A stretch of 62,730 nt of DNA, filler included, from Basidiobolus ranarum (GCA_040143965.1; 36 parts of 36 records of this genome joined end to end with filler, not necessarily neighbours in it); one strand, 5' to 3'; positions 35,150-47,753 are shown, counted from the first letter of the whole stretch. Made by a program: numbers and translations. Notes: generated by a model from the sequence alone, not told the origin.

Positions 35150-36247
35150 GAAAAAGATATCTATGAAGAAGATTACCCAGTAAATAGTACGGACGCAGCA
35201 CCTTGAGGAACTTTGAGCTGGAGTAAAGTAACCAAGTCTGAGATTAATTAGTACTTCTGATGATAAGCATAGCTACTGGTTGTCGTAACTAACTACACAT
35301 AAGGTGGATTTAAAAGCAATGGGTCAGTAACTTGCGTCTGATATTGGTAAACTTCCATGGGCTGTATCATTGTATTCACAGTCTAGATTCTCGTGAGTTA
35401 TCAATATCAGTTACGTTGTACAAATGAAACTTAATGTGGTTGATGACGCTTGGAGAGATTCTAATTGCCAAGATCAAATCTCATTTACAGACCTTATAGA
35501 AATACACATGTAAAGTATAGAATTTCAATTTGAGTATTCTCTGATACATTGGTCTTAAATTTCATTGGGCAGTTATTATAGAGTTCGTGAAACTTGCGGC
35601 TAATACTTCTGGGATGTTAGTCCTAATTCTAATGAAAGATGAGATTCACATTCATGGTTTTGCATTTAATGAACCAGTCCTGTATCCTAGTATGTGGGAC
35701 TACAATATGATGGTAATACGACAACACTACTTACAAATAATAATTTTTTTTGAAGAGGCTCGAAAGAACTTAGCATTGCCGATAGACAATCCAAGATCAC
35801 CTGTGAATAGACAAGTGTGCAAGAAGGGTCTGTCACTCATCACATGAATGGACCTACTTACATGATTGAAACACATGAAGCATTGGGAATTGAACCCCGG
35901 ACCTCTCCTACCCAGGTTTTCTGCATCAACAGGGTTTCAATGATAAAAAAGTTGCTTGGTGCAATTCCAGACTCGGATTTATTAATCCGGCTATTTGGAA
36001 ACCTGTTTCATTTGTGATACTTTTGGAATTGCCATGAGAATACAGTAGCAGTTTATGACCATTGCACAGGTTGACATGCTCCTGATGTCATTAGGCTACT
36101 AGAATAGGGGTTTATGATTTGAGTTCCATTGAATATGGAGTTATAATTCTGCTGCCACTAATATGAGAAATTCGCCTACTACGCTAAGCCTAAGGATGGA
36201 GAAATTTACTCAGTTGGAATAAGTGACAATGAGATCTAATATGAGGT

Positions 36248-36322
36248 AGTTCTGAAGCCTTGTCAATAACCATCCGATTCCTATTGAGTTCTAAAGCCTT
36301 GTCAATAATCATTTGATTCCTA
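36248..36322. repeat. Imperfect tandem duplication of about 39 bp
   Basis: AGTTCTGAAGCCTTGTCAATAACCATCCGATTCCTA and AGTTCTAAAGCCTTGTCAATAATCATTTGATTCCTA. Confidence 0.8.
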
Positions 36323-36712
36323 CATTTTTAATAATAATTTGTGTAACTGAGAAGTGCTCGATTCTAATTGACTTGATTTACTAAATAATTAGAAACAATT
36401 TGCGTCTGTTTTACATTCTGGGTCATCGTAATAATATTCGATTTAAGTGGTTCTCAGTTGGAGAAGAAAAGGTGCGCCAATTTAATAAAAATATCCGCAT
36501 CTTCTCATCGAGAATGAATACACTAATACCTTCTTTCGTAAACTACACGGCACGAGGCTGTGAGCTACATTTACTCATACCTGTGCGAGCTGAATGGGGA
36601 GGATAGTCCGTANNNNNNNNNNNNNNNNNNNNNNNNNNNNNNNNNNNNNNNNNNNNTTAATTAATTAANNNNNNNNNNNNNNNNNNNNNNNNNNNNNNNN
36701 NNNNNNNNNNNN

Positions 36713-38181
36713 ATTTTGACTCAAGCAGAGACCTAGGGCATGGTACCACAAGATAGATACCTATTTGAAGTCACAAGAATTTCAAAAATGCCCAGCATAT
36801 CATAGTAATAAGATCAAAACAACTGGAAATAAGATTCTTATCTTGGCACTGTCTGTGGATGACTTGATCATAGCAACAAATGATCTAGAAGCTCTCAATC
36901 AGAGAAAATACAGCTTATCAAACCAATTTCAGATGACTGATATGGGTGAATTAAGTGATTTTCTTGGATTACAAATCAAGAGAGATAAACCCAACCAGAA
37001 AATCATGCTGAAGCAGTCTAGATACATCCTAGACATCCAAAAACACTTCTACATGAAGAATAGCAAGCCTGCATTAGTACCAATGGATCCCAATGTGAAA
37101 TTAATCAAAATTTCATCCAATTAGGCCAATAATGACTCAAATCAAAGCCAGAAGTTCCCTAATCAATCCATTGTGGGTAGTTTGTGGTATTGAATGGTTA
37201 GAACACATCCAGACATTGCTGTAGCAAGGGGAACTGTCAGCCAATACATCAAAAATCCAGGATCGGAGCACAAAACTGCAGTAAAGCAAATATTCAGGTT
37301 TTAAAAGGAATTATAGATCTAGTTCCAGAATACTTTGGCACTCCTGGTGCACAACATTTTGAAGGCTACAGTGATGCAGACTGCAGAAGAATCCTTGATG
37401 ATAAAGATCACCAACTGGGTACACTTTTCCCCTGGTTATAGAGCCATAACTGGCAATAGTAAGAAGCAACCTAATGTAGCACATTCCTCTACAGAAGCAG
37501 AGTGTATGGCTGCCTCTGCTACTACACAAGAAGCAATGTGGTTAAGGAAGTAATTTACAGACTTACAATACATGCAAAAATTTGCTATTACTGTATTTGA
37601 AGAGAATCAAAGTTGTATTTCCTTAGCCAAAAATCCTAGACTTCATGCATCAACAAAACATATAGTTTTATGGCATCCTTTTGTTAGAGTGGCAACAGAG
37701 AATGATATAATTGAACTTGTCTATTGCCCCACTAAAGAAATGATTGCTGACATCCTAACCAAGCCTATAGCTAAAGTACAATTTGAATTACTAAGATATA
37801 AGTCAGGTGTAAGTGAAATATGAAATAGGATTTTTGAAATCACGAAAATAGCCACTCATTACTTAAAAGTTAGTTCATTCATATTCTGGTTATTTAGTAC
37901 TCAATTCTGGCATTCAAAACATGTGTTTATTGCTCTAATTGATAGAAATATCAATTTGATCACTTTTACCAATTATCACTATTTTCTCAAAACTTCTCCA
38001 AATCATCTCAAATTTTCACCTAAGCTTAACAGGCATGTTTAATACAATCAAAGCACATCCAATAGTCCTATTTCATAGTAAACTATAAATAGGTCATATT
38101 TATTTCAATAAAACTTGAGTGTCAAATTTACAAATCTAAATCCTTCCAAAACACTTCCCAATCCCCTAACCACTTTTAGCA
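36713..38181 (+). mobile_element. Copia RT-RNase H 3' end with 3' LTR A (37832-38181)
   Basis: LSVDDL, GYSDAD, SSTEAE, ENQSCI and MIADILTKP, followed by LTR A. Confidence 0.92.
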
Positions 38182-38456
38182 CTCCATTGGTTGTCAAACT
38201 TCCTGCTCCATTGTTTTTCAAGAGTGGAATCACATTCCAGGACATGGTGATCAACTTGTAGTGGATTTAGTTGGAGAGGATGGTTTTTGTTGGACTAGTG
38301 CTTGTTAGCAATTCTGGCTTTCTTCAATTCTTCACCAGCTTTTTCTACATTAACATNNNNNNNNNNNNNNNNNNNNNNNNNNNNNNNNNNNNNNNNNNNN
38401 TTAATTAATTAANNNNNNNNNNNNNNNNNNNNNNNNNNNNNNNNNNNNNNNNNNNN

Positions 38457-38599
38457 TGATGGGACGCGTTAGAAGTGACCCCAGATTCTCTGCTTCCAAA
38501 CTCGTTATTAGGCGTGTCATTTAACTCGTTGTCACCACCACTTAATTGCGAGTTGGAAAGACGCTCATTAACACGTAAATTCAATAAAGTAGAATCCAT
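38457..38599 (-). CDS. N-terminus of an unidentified gene, divergent from the DUF4504-like gene
   Basis: ATG in AAATG context, frame open to the contig edge (MDSTLLNLRVNERLSNSQ), CpG-rich. Confidence 0.45.
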
Positions 38600-38940
38600 T
38601 TCATAGTATTCTGCTGAATTTTCTTCTATGAGGCTGATGACACTTTGCTAACTAAACCCGTACGTGGTGGTGTAGTCCAAAGTGAATATATTTAATGTAT
38701 TTGTATACAAGATAACTCCAACTATCGAACCAACAAAATCACTTCAGTTGTGATAGTAAAATAATCTTTGAATTGACAAAGCGATAATTTTGCGGATTTT
38801 CACTAGTAGTGATTAAGCTTTGCCTCCATCCATGAAAATCCACACATTGAATTTTCTTATTAAAATATTGTTCTGTATTTGTATTATTTACAATGATCAC
38901 CAAAATAATGTATATACGACACGTGATATATATATGTAAA

Positions 38941-39924
38941 ATGAACCTCTTTGCGAAACACAACCAGTTATACAATGAATCAGAAGTTGAACTTGGACCA
39001 GAGACTATTTTCACATATCAACACGGTCGTAAAGGATCATTTTTCAAGAAAGGCAAGAAACTCAAAGTTGGATATTTTCACACTTGGCATGTGACTTCAA
39101 AGAAGCCATTTTTTCAACGCTATTTTTAATATTTACTCTTTTATCAGATGTACTTGCGGTTGTATGTGGTTTAAGGTAGTTAGTTAAGTGTGAAACAGAT
39201 CTACGCCGTTTAACTTCCAAACTTCGCGAATTACAGTTTTCAGATTCTTATATGTTTATATGTCACCTTGGACTTCTTCAAGATCTGGTGGAAGCAGGAC
39301 TAAGTTCGTATACGATTATTACGCGGACGAGAAATTGAAGAAACCTCAACTTGTAAGCTTGTCCGAAGATTTATTTTATTGTTCGAAATGTTAATTGTAT
39401 CTTGCTTTAATTATATCAAGCTTGAAATTAATGAGCATACGAGCGTTACTTCTTCATTAAGGGGCTATATTGATGTTTTTTAGTGCCTTTTCTATCTTCC
39501 TCGCGCCTTGTACTATATGCTTCAAGTCTACCTCCCATGCTGATCACATTCACGGGTTGGCTGTTAAACTATCCAATTGTTTACTATCAACCAGGAGATA
39601 CTCAGACTAACAAAAACTGCCTTTCTAATGAGCCTCTTACCTTATTTAGAGTGATGGTAAATCCTTCGCTTGACATCCTCTCGTAATATGATTTCTGTTA
39701 ACCATTTATAATGTAATAACACTAATAGAGATTGTTTTAGAAAATCAAGAGGTACACGGGAGCATATTCTTCTGAGCTTTAGCGTTCCATCAGACTTAAA
39801 TTTAAAAGAAACCATTCAAATAGAATTCTCGCGAAAATTTAAGGAAAGATTTGAAAAGCAATCATTTTGTAAGAGTTTTTAAGTAGTCATCAGTCAAGTA
39901 TTACTACCAAGTATCTCTCTATGA
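38941..39924 (+). pseudogene. C1orf74/UPF0739 (DUF4504)-like multi-exon gene with an apparent premature stop
   Basis: Exon peptides DVLAVVCGLR, LITFTGWLLNYPIVYY...NCLSNEPLTLFRV and EHILLSFSVP. An in-frame TAA at 39880 precedes VLLPSISL*. The start site is uncertain. Confidence 0.55.
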
Positions 39925-40200
39925 AAACACTAATGTGCAGGTGATTTCGTCAAGAATCTTCATTTATTTTGGTATCACTATATTATTAAAAGGCATTATC
40001 GCATCGAGTGAGAATATTCTGAATGGATTTATTTATGTATGAAAGTATGCAAAGAATGCTATGGAAGCCTAATACTGGAAGGTTGCCTTCTTCCGATTAC
40101 NNNNNNNNNNNNNNNNNNNNNNNNNNNNNNNNNNNNNNNNNNNNTTAATTAATTAANNNNNNNNNNNNNNNNNNNNNNNNNNNNNNNNNNNNNNNNNNNN

Positions 40201-40575
40201 CCCTGGAGTCTGCTTAACCCATAGCTATACATCTGTCACTGATTTTGCTGATACATTACTAATCAAGTTAGCATATGGTACTACTGATGATTTCACACAG
40301 AGTATCATTTCACAGCAGTTGTGCTCCATTGGGAACTCCCAGAATGTATAGCCAGTGCCTATAATCTCTAAGCATTGTGAAAGATGCAGCAGGGAATTTA
40401 ATGAATACCAGCATAGATTCAGTCTATCTTCTTTAAGTCTTTAATAAAGTTTCCATATCCAATTACAAAATCTTAGCATATTTGCTCTATCTGCCTGAGA
40501 TCTGCCAATGTGAGTTGATGCTGTAAGAATATATTAACAGTATTGACAAATAGCTATACATGTCTACATATATGT
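40201..40575 (-). mobile_element. CACTA-like transposase C-terminal region
   Basis: SLLHLSQCLEIIGTGYTFWEFPMEHNC, a variant of the H-L...GP...W-FPMER motif. Confidence 0.85.
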
Positions 40576-40592
40576 TTAGGCAATGTTAATTT

Positions 40593-41126
40593 TGGTTAAA
40601 GTATTTGGGAGTGTTTTGGAAGTGGTTTAGAGAATTGGAGGAATTGGTGGTCTTCATCTGTTGATTTATTGTGTAGAAAGTTGACATAAGTACTTTTGTC
40701 AAGATGTAAGCAAAGTAACATGTGGAATGTGTTAAGGAAGGTCCCAGGAACATGTGTGCAAAGTTTGGGGCTTCTAGCACAAGTTTGAAAAATCTATATA
40801 TCTGAGAACTTCAAAGTTGATAAAAATATTCTAAGTAAATTCCATTTGAGAGTGGACTTGTTCTCTGTGATAGTGCCAGATCATGCTGTATATATCATAT
40901 TGGATAAATTATTCTAAAATTTGCATGGCACAATTTGGCACTATGCATCACCCTCTGACATGATCAATTTTAATCATACTTACTCTAATATATTGATCCA
41001 AGGTCCAATAAATCCTGGCCCAATGGAACAAGCCCAATAGTTGATAATATGTTAGTGAGTTATAAGATAACTAAGTACTAAGTTATATATGATCATATAG
41101 GTGTTTAGGCAATGCTAATTTCAACA
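40593..41126 (-). repeat. Copia 3' LTR family C with a MITE insertion
   Basis: On the minus strand the PPT GAGAGAGAG is followed by TGTTGAAATTAGC...CTTTAAC. Confidence 0.8.
40854..41035 (+). mobile_element. 182-bp MITE, TSD AAT (left copy AGT)
   Basis: GGACTTGTTC...GAACAAGCCC. The empty site TTGAGAATAACTG is at about 43851. Confidence 0.9.
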
Positions 41127-41139
41127 CTCTCTCTCAACT

Positions 41140-41843
41140 AAATAGTCAGATACACTAATCTAAATAAAGGTCTAAATTTCTGTCTAGATGATGGTTTGGT
41201 TAATAAATCAGCAATCATTTCTTCTGTAGAACAATAATATAAGTCAATAAACATATTCTCTATAGTCTCTCTAATGAAGTGATGCTCAATCTCTATGTGT
41301 TTGCTTCTATTATGAAATGTGGGATTTTTAGCTAATTGTGTACAATTTGATTATCTTGAAATATTGTGGTTGGTGAACCTTGGGAATAAGCCAAATCTGT
41401 TAAGAGTTTTCTTAACCATAATGCTTCTTTTGTTGCTTCACAGGCAGCCATGTATTCAGCTTCTGTTGTTGAAAATGCTATGGTAGGTTTTTTCTTTAAA
41501 TTCCAAGAAATAGCTCCATTAGAGCAAGGAAATCAGTATCCTGTAATAGATCTCCAGTCTTCAATATCTCTTCCCCAATTTGCATGAATATCCCATCAGA
41601 TCACAGTATCATCCAGAATATGTGTATTTAAGCATGGATCCACAGTACCTTTCAAATATCCAAAAATGCCCTCAACTGCTATGATTTGATCAGATCCATA
41701 ATCTTGAAGATATTGGCACATAACTCCTACAGAATATGCAATATCTGGCCATATTCGAACCATAATAAACATCAAACCATCAACCATAGATTGATAAGGA
41801 AATTTCTGGCTTTCATTTCTATCTAAAAACATCTGATTTGAGC
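41140..41843 (-). mobile_element. Copia family C RT-RNase H, degenerate
   Basis: FPYQSMVDGLMF...PDIAYSVG, STTEAEYMAA, KHIEIEHHFIRE and MIADLLTKP. Confidence 0.9.
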
Positions 41844-41943
41844 NNNNNNNNNNNNNNNNNNNNNNNNNNNNNNNNNNNNNNNNNNNNTTAATTAATTAAN
41901 NNNNNNNNNNNNNNNNNNNNNNNNNNNNNNNNNNNNNNNNNNN

Positions 41944-42752
41944 CTTGACAAAAGAATATGCTGGTATCAACGTCCTTTGATCTTGATCAAGTACTAAAGC
42001 TTCTTTGATCAAAAACAACTGTAAACTCAACCAGTAGTGTCTTGACAAGGATGCACTTAGAGCAATTATCCAAAGGTGGAAGGTACCTTTGCCTTAGCAG
42101 GGAAGCTTGGGAAAGATGGGGAATAAGAGGGAAGCCAACCTTGGGGGTTTCAAGGTTGGAGAACAGGGATGGAGAGAAGTCTACAGGCAAGTATAAGTAG
42201 TCTGATCAAACTGTCACAATAAGGAACTGGACAAGGACTGGGAACAACAACAAGAGGCTAGAAGGCAGGAGAGTACTTGGGTGTAGACCACAAGACAAGA
42301 CAAGACTGGACAAGAAAGATACTTTGGCAAGAATCTTTATTGATAACTGGTGTTGATCAGACTGAGGTCTGATCAAGGAATACATGGGGCTTATATAGAT
42401 ATTGCAAGATGAAACATAATATACTTAATAGGGAATATACTGTGGCAAGTTTGAGAGTTGGGGTGTAAGGGACTACAAGGACCAATACAAAGAGGGATGA
42501 TGTAAGGATGATGTAAGGATGATCAGGTGACCTTCCATGGAAGGTCTTGGCAGAAATACACTATGTGTGGGATGACATGATTGGTTAGGCTTCATGGAAT
42601 GTTCTAAAGAACATGACTTCCAAATAAGGTACCCCGGATGAGCTAACAGAAGATTGCCAAGAAGGGGTGGCAGAGCAGATATAATGTTGTAATCTAATAA
42701 TAGAAGAGTTCTCTTTGCAGTGGATCAGTATGCTGAGATCACAATCTTGACA
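41944..42752 (-). mobile_element. Ty3/gypsy 5' LTR (about 42752-42212) with a self-priming-type PBS (42209-42199) and downstream leader
   Basis: The LTR ends TTATTGTGACA and is followed by GTTTGATCAGACT. TATATAA (42397-42391) and AATAAA lie inside the LTR. Confidence 0.75.
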
Positions 42753-42754
42753 AT

Positions 42755-42873
42755 TGCTGTAAGAGCATCCTTGTGAATACACTACTGGTTAAGTTTATAG
42801 ATGTTTTTGATCAAAAAGCTTTAGTACTTGATCAAAGTCAAAGGATGTTGATACCAGCATATTCTTTTGTCAA
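42755..42873 (+). repeat. Inverted, diverged copy of the gypsy post-LTR region 41944-42070
   Basis: The reverse-complement match is visible over about 120 bp. Confidence 0.8.
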
Positions 42874-43686
42874 GATGCTCGAGTGGGGCAGCATTGCTAC
42901 CCACTGGCAGGTTCACTTATTTCCTCTCCAATCCCACATTATTACTATTGCACAATTCCTATAATCCATATTTGATTTGCCTATATTTTCTAGCCAATCA
43001 TATTGCACCATTAGTATCATCCACTATTATTTCAGATTTATCAGTATTAACCCACTTTAGCCCCATTATTTTCTGGAAAATTCTATAACCTTCCAGAAAA
43101 TTGCACAAGATTCTTGGAATATTTGATGATTAATTATATTTGAACCAATCAAAACTTGCTTTTGCTAGAACATATCATGACTCTCTGGATTCTTCTACAA
43201 TTTTGCAGAACATTTCATAGATTACTAATCTTATGATTTATGATGATATCATACCCCAGATCACCACCAATAGAATTCTTTGGCACTTTCTGGAAATTCT
43301 CCTTAGTAATCATATCTACCTTCAGAAAAGTACAAATAGGAGCTGTATCTTTTGAAATAAAAAGCATCCTGGTTTTCAACTAGCAATTATTAATTGTGAT
43401 CATCTCTTATTTTCATCACCACTTACAAGACCTTTGAAGAGGAAGCTCAAGAGAGACTACTAGAGACAGTTACAGGCTACTGTGTGACTAGAAAGGACTT
43501 GACTAGCTCAAAGGAAGTACTGACAGGTAGGTGTTATATTTCTGATACTTTATATTTTTTCCCTAGCTTTGTCTGCATAGGCAAGGNNNNNNNNNNNNNN
43601 NNNNNNNNNNNNNNNNNNNNNNNNNNNNNNTTAATTAATTAANNNNNNNNNNNNNNNNNNNNNNNNNNNNNNNNNNNNNNNNNNNN

Positions 43687-44370
43687 TTGACATTTATAGT
43701 TTTGTCAAGATGTAAACAAACTAACATGAAGAATATGTTAAGGAAGGTCCCAGGAACATGTGTGCAAAGTTTGGGGCTTCTAGCACAAGTTTGAAAATCT
43801 ATATATCTGAGAACTTCCAAGTTGGTAAAAATATTCTAAGTAAATTCCAATTGAGAATAACTGATAATATCTTAGTGAATTATAAGATAACTAAGTACTA
43901 AGCTATATATGACTATATAGGTGTTTAGGCAATGCTAATTTCAACAAAAACATGTGTACAGAGTTTGGGGACTCTTGGACAAGTTTAAAATATCACATAA
44001 TCTGAGAACATGCAAGTTGGTAAAGACATTCTAATTAAATTCTGAGTCAAGATATTGATTAAGAACATAGTGAAACTTAGGTAGCTAACTATCTGACAAT
44101 ATGGATGCTTAAGCCATGTCTTTTTCTGTTGAAATTAGCATTGCCTAAACACCTATATAGTCATGTATAGCTTGGTAAATTCCGATATCAAATAATGGGT
44201 AATATCTTAGTTCAATATAGGATAACTAAATACTATGAATATTTTTACCAACTCAGAAGTTCTCAGATATATAGATTTTTCAAGCTTGTTCTAGAAGCTC
44301 CAAACTCTACAAACATGTTTCTGGGATCTTTCTTAACGCATTCTACATGTTTTTTGCTTACATCTTGACA
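43687..44370. repeat. Cluster of LTR C copies (direct, diverged and inverted)
   Basis: 43687-43946(-), a diverged copy at about 43950-44115 and an inverted copy starting TGTTGAAATTAGC at 44127. Confidence 0.8.
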
Positions 44371-45225
44371 TCTCCACTATGTAGTTCTAGAATTATTAAT
44401 GGCGAATATTGAAGTAAAGTATAAGACTACTAATGTACATATGGCTATGAGGAGCTTAGCATTAGAGTTGTCTGATCCATATGAGTTAAGGTTTACGCCT
44501 TAACCCAAAATTACAAAACCATTGAATTTTGACAGAGTGGCTGCCTTAATCTATACATCGATTTATCATCAATTCGGAAGTTAATATTAAGTATTCTCGG
44601 GCACCATACGCATTGGGTTCAGTAATACTTGAGGACAAGTAGTCTCTAAGTAAACCAACAAAGTTAAACTATTTTGGCCCATTTAAGCAGATATACATGG
44701 AGGGTAGTAGGTGTATGTAAAGAACCAACATTTCATAGCCATGCAAGCAGTCTGATTACAGCTCTAAGTTCTCAATGTAACTCTCACATTGCACATACTT
44801 TTGTAATCTCGGTACCATATTATGGAGATACCTGGATTCCGAATGAGATACGAACCGACTCAAACAGGAAACGTGACCCAAGTTACCAGGTATCTGGTGG
44901 TAGGTATCTGGTGGTAGCCAGAATTCAATGGGCCACAATACTTGGAAAGAGTTTTAACAATAACTGATCGACACTTAGATTGGTTAGGGATAAACATATG
45001 GACAGAGAGCGTATGTTGGGAATAGTAATGATGTCATCGATACTGTAAACTTCCAACCCAGATGAATATCAAATACGAAACAACACATAATGAATGATTT
45101 GTGTACTCGTGTCTTACTTGCGAAAGAACCTCTCAGTACTGGATTGAAACATGCGTGCTAGATATTTATACGAGTAAATGAAACATTGTAGACTGACTGT
45201 TACATTACTATTACATAATTGAAAT

Positions 45226-45327
45226 CTATGGTTTAGCTAACCCTAAATATTGGGCTAAATATTGGAAATCAATAGGGTAAGTATTGTTATGAGCATGACC
45301 ATGACCATGACCATAACCATGACTATA
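45226..45327 (-). CDS. Possible C-terminus of a His/Gly-repeat protein
   Basis: The frame is open from the contig edge: YSHGYGHGHGHAHNNTYPIDFQYLAQYLGLAKP*. Confidence 0.35.
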   Translation of the reverse strand, partial: YSHGYGHGHGHAHNNTYPIDFQYLAQYLGLAKP

Positions 45328-45428
45328 ANNNNNNNNNNNNNNNNNNNNNNNNNNNNNNNNNNNNNNNNNNNNTTAATTAATTAANNNNNNNNNNNNNNNN
45401 NNNNNNNNNNNNNNNNNNNNNNNNNNNN

Positions 45429-47070
45429 CGGATAAAAGATTGCAAACTTAGAAATTACAACAAAAGTGAGAAGTCAGAACAAGCAAATCAGGTTTCAACC
45501 AAAGAAGAAGTTTTATTCACTTCTGACCTATCAGTGACCTCAGAACCAGACTGTAGGTTGTGGTATATTCATTCTGGAGCCTCTCAAGGATATAGCTTTA
45601 ATTTTGATCAAAATGGCTGTACAATCAGGGATCAAAAAGGGAATTACATGGCTTCTGGAGTTAAGCAAAATAGCTTATATAAACTTCATTATATTAGGCC
45701 AATATATGCACAAGTTAATAGTGCCACAGCTGAAGAGTTAGACTGGAAAATCTGGCATAGGAGATTGGGTCATCTAGGAGCTGAAAATATGAGAAATTTA
45801 ATCAAAAACAAGATGGTTTTGGGACTAAATTTCGTAATTCCACCGGATCTGGAGCTATGTGAAGGTTGCCTATATGGTAGGCAACACAGACAGCTGTTTG
45901 CAGGCTCTGGAATGAGCAATATTAATGAGAAATTGGGCCTGATACACTCAGATCTGTGTGGCCCAATGCAGACAAAATCCTTAGGCAGAAAAAGGTATTT
46001 TATGACCTTTATTGATGATAAGACAAAGTATACTTGGGTGTACTTTCTGGCCAGTAAGGATGAAGCCTTTGATACCTTCAAGAGGTTCAAAGCAATGGTG
46101 GAGACTAAAACAGGTCTAAAGATTAAGATTATCCATACTGACAATAGAGGGGAATATATCTCAAAACCCTTCTCTAACTTCTACTTAACACATAGGATAA
46201 AATAGCAGCCTACAGTGCCATATTCTCCACAGCAGAAAGGAGTAGTAGAATATGCAAACAGATCAATCATGGAAAAGACAAGAACAATGCTTTGTGATCA
46301 AGATTTACCAAAATAGTTCTGGGCTGAAATGGTTGCAATTGCAATATATATTAGGAATAGATGTCCTGCTAGGTCTCTATAAGCTATGTCAAATTATCAA
46401 ACATGGTTTGCAATGAGACCTGATGTGGCTAATCTCAGAGTTTTTGGAATTACCACATATGTAATGATTACAGACCAGAAGAGATCAAAATTAGACCAAA
46501 AAAGCAAGAAATGTCTTTTTTTTGGGATATTGTGATGGTACAAAAGGGTACAGACTGTATGACACTGAAAATAAGAAGCTAATCAAGTTGAGGGATGTGG
46601 AATATGCTGTAGAAGTAAATTTTTTTATCAAAACAATCCTGGATCAAGAAAAACAACCAAAAATTGATGAAACTTCTGTTTCTCACCAGATCCTGATGAG
46701 TGAAAAAAATATTGAAAACTCTTTGCCCACAGTCTCCTCAACCAAACCTAAGGTGTTTTCATTGCCTAAATTGGTACCAGATGTTGTAGTGCCAATTTCC
46801 CATCTTAGGACACACAATTGGATGAGATCTCTGCCTGATTACTAATCTCACACTAGCCAAAAGGAGCCCAGTGCTAATTTAGCCTTTTATGATGAGCCCA
46901 AATCAGTACAGGAGGCTATGGAGATTCCCAACACAAAGTTTTGGAGTGCTGCAATGACAGAGGAGTATCAGTCACTCATAGATAATCAAACTTGGACTTT
47001 GGTTAAGTTACCTGATGACCAAAAATCAATTGGATGCAAATGGGGGTTTAAAGTTAAACAGCAAGCTGAT
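45429..47070 (+). mobile_element. Copia pol (deleted protease, GAG-pre-integrase, integrase, RT start), degenerate
   Basis: WYIHSGASQ, WHRRLGH, HSDLCGPM, FIDDKTKYTWVYF, GYCDGTKGYRLYD and IGCKWGFKVK. Confidence 0.95.
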
Positions 47071-47170
47071 NNNNNNNNNNNNNNNNNNNNNNNNNNNNNN
47101 NNNNNNNNNNNNNNTTAATTAATTAANNNNNNNNNNNNNNNNNNNNNNNNNNNNNNNNNNNNNNNNNNNN

Positions 47171-47580
47171 TGGTTTAACATTTTGGAAACTGTGCGGAAT
47201 CTTGCCCAAAATCACCTGGATTTGAGTCAATTGTGGAAAAACCAAAAACCAGGTGTTACTCTGAAGGTTCTTGACTTATTTCATGTGGCTTATCCTGGGT
47301 TTTTGCAAGCAAATGGCAATTGGGCTAGTATAGGCCTATTCATGAAACATCTCAAAAATGTATGCAATTATCAACTTGGAAAAGAAAGAAAAGCAGCTAA
47401 AGAAGTATTGAAGGAGCAGGAAGTTAGTAAACCCAAGGGAAAAGCAAAGGAGCCAGTGAGTTTAGGCTCTACTGTCCCACTTACCAAATTCTTCACACCA
47501 TTACAAAGATCTGCAATTCCAGAGTCAGATATACTGGCAAAAAAGCTTAATTTCACCACAAAACTGGGTACACCAGTTGG
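47171..47580 (+). mobile_element. CACTA-like ORF2, best-preserved globular region
   Basis: WFNILETVRNLAQNHLDLSQLWKNQ...FHVAYPGFLQANGNWASIGLFMKHLKN. Confidence 0.8.
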
Positions 47581-47753
47581 TAAACCACTTCTAACAAGCT
47601 CCCAAATACTCTAACAAACTCGTCAAATTTTTGTCTAGCAAATGGTTTAGTAAATATACAGCAATAGTATCTTGTATAGAACAATAAGTAAGTCAATAAG
47701 CTTATTCTCCATAGTATCTCTTACTAAATGATGTTTAATACCAATATATGATT

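Noticed and set aside
35878-35916. tRNA-like segment on the minus strand (GGAGAGGTCCGGGGTTCAATTCCC, B-box/T-arm like)
   Set aside because: No D-arm, acceptor stem or convincing 5' half is visible. At most it is a tRNA or SINE remnant, and tRNAscan-SE would be needed.
35150-36612. Short ORFs 35587..35847, 35817..36017 and 36400..36606
   Set aside because: No motifs, non-ATG starts and AT-rich intergenic character.
42950-43586. AT-rich LTR-like sequence
   Set aside because: No second copy or clear TG...CA boundary in this window, so it is left unclassified.
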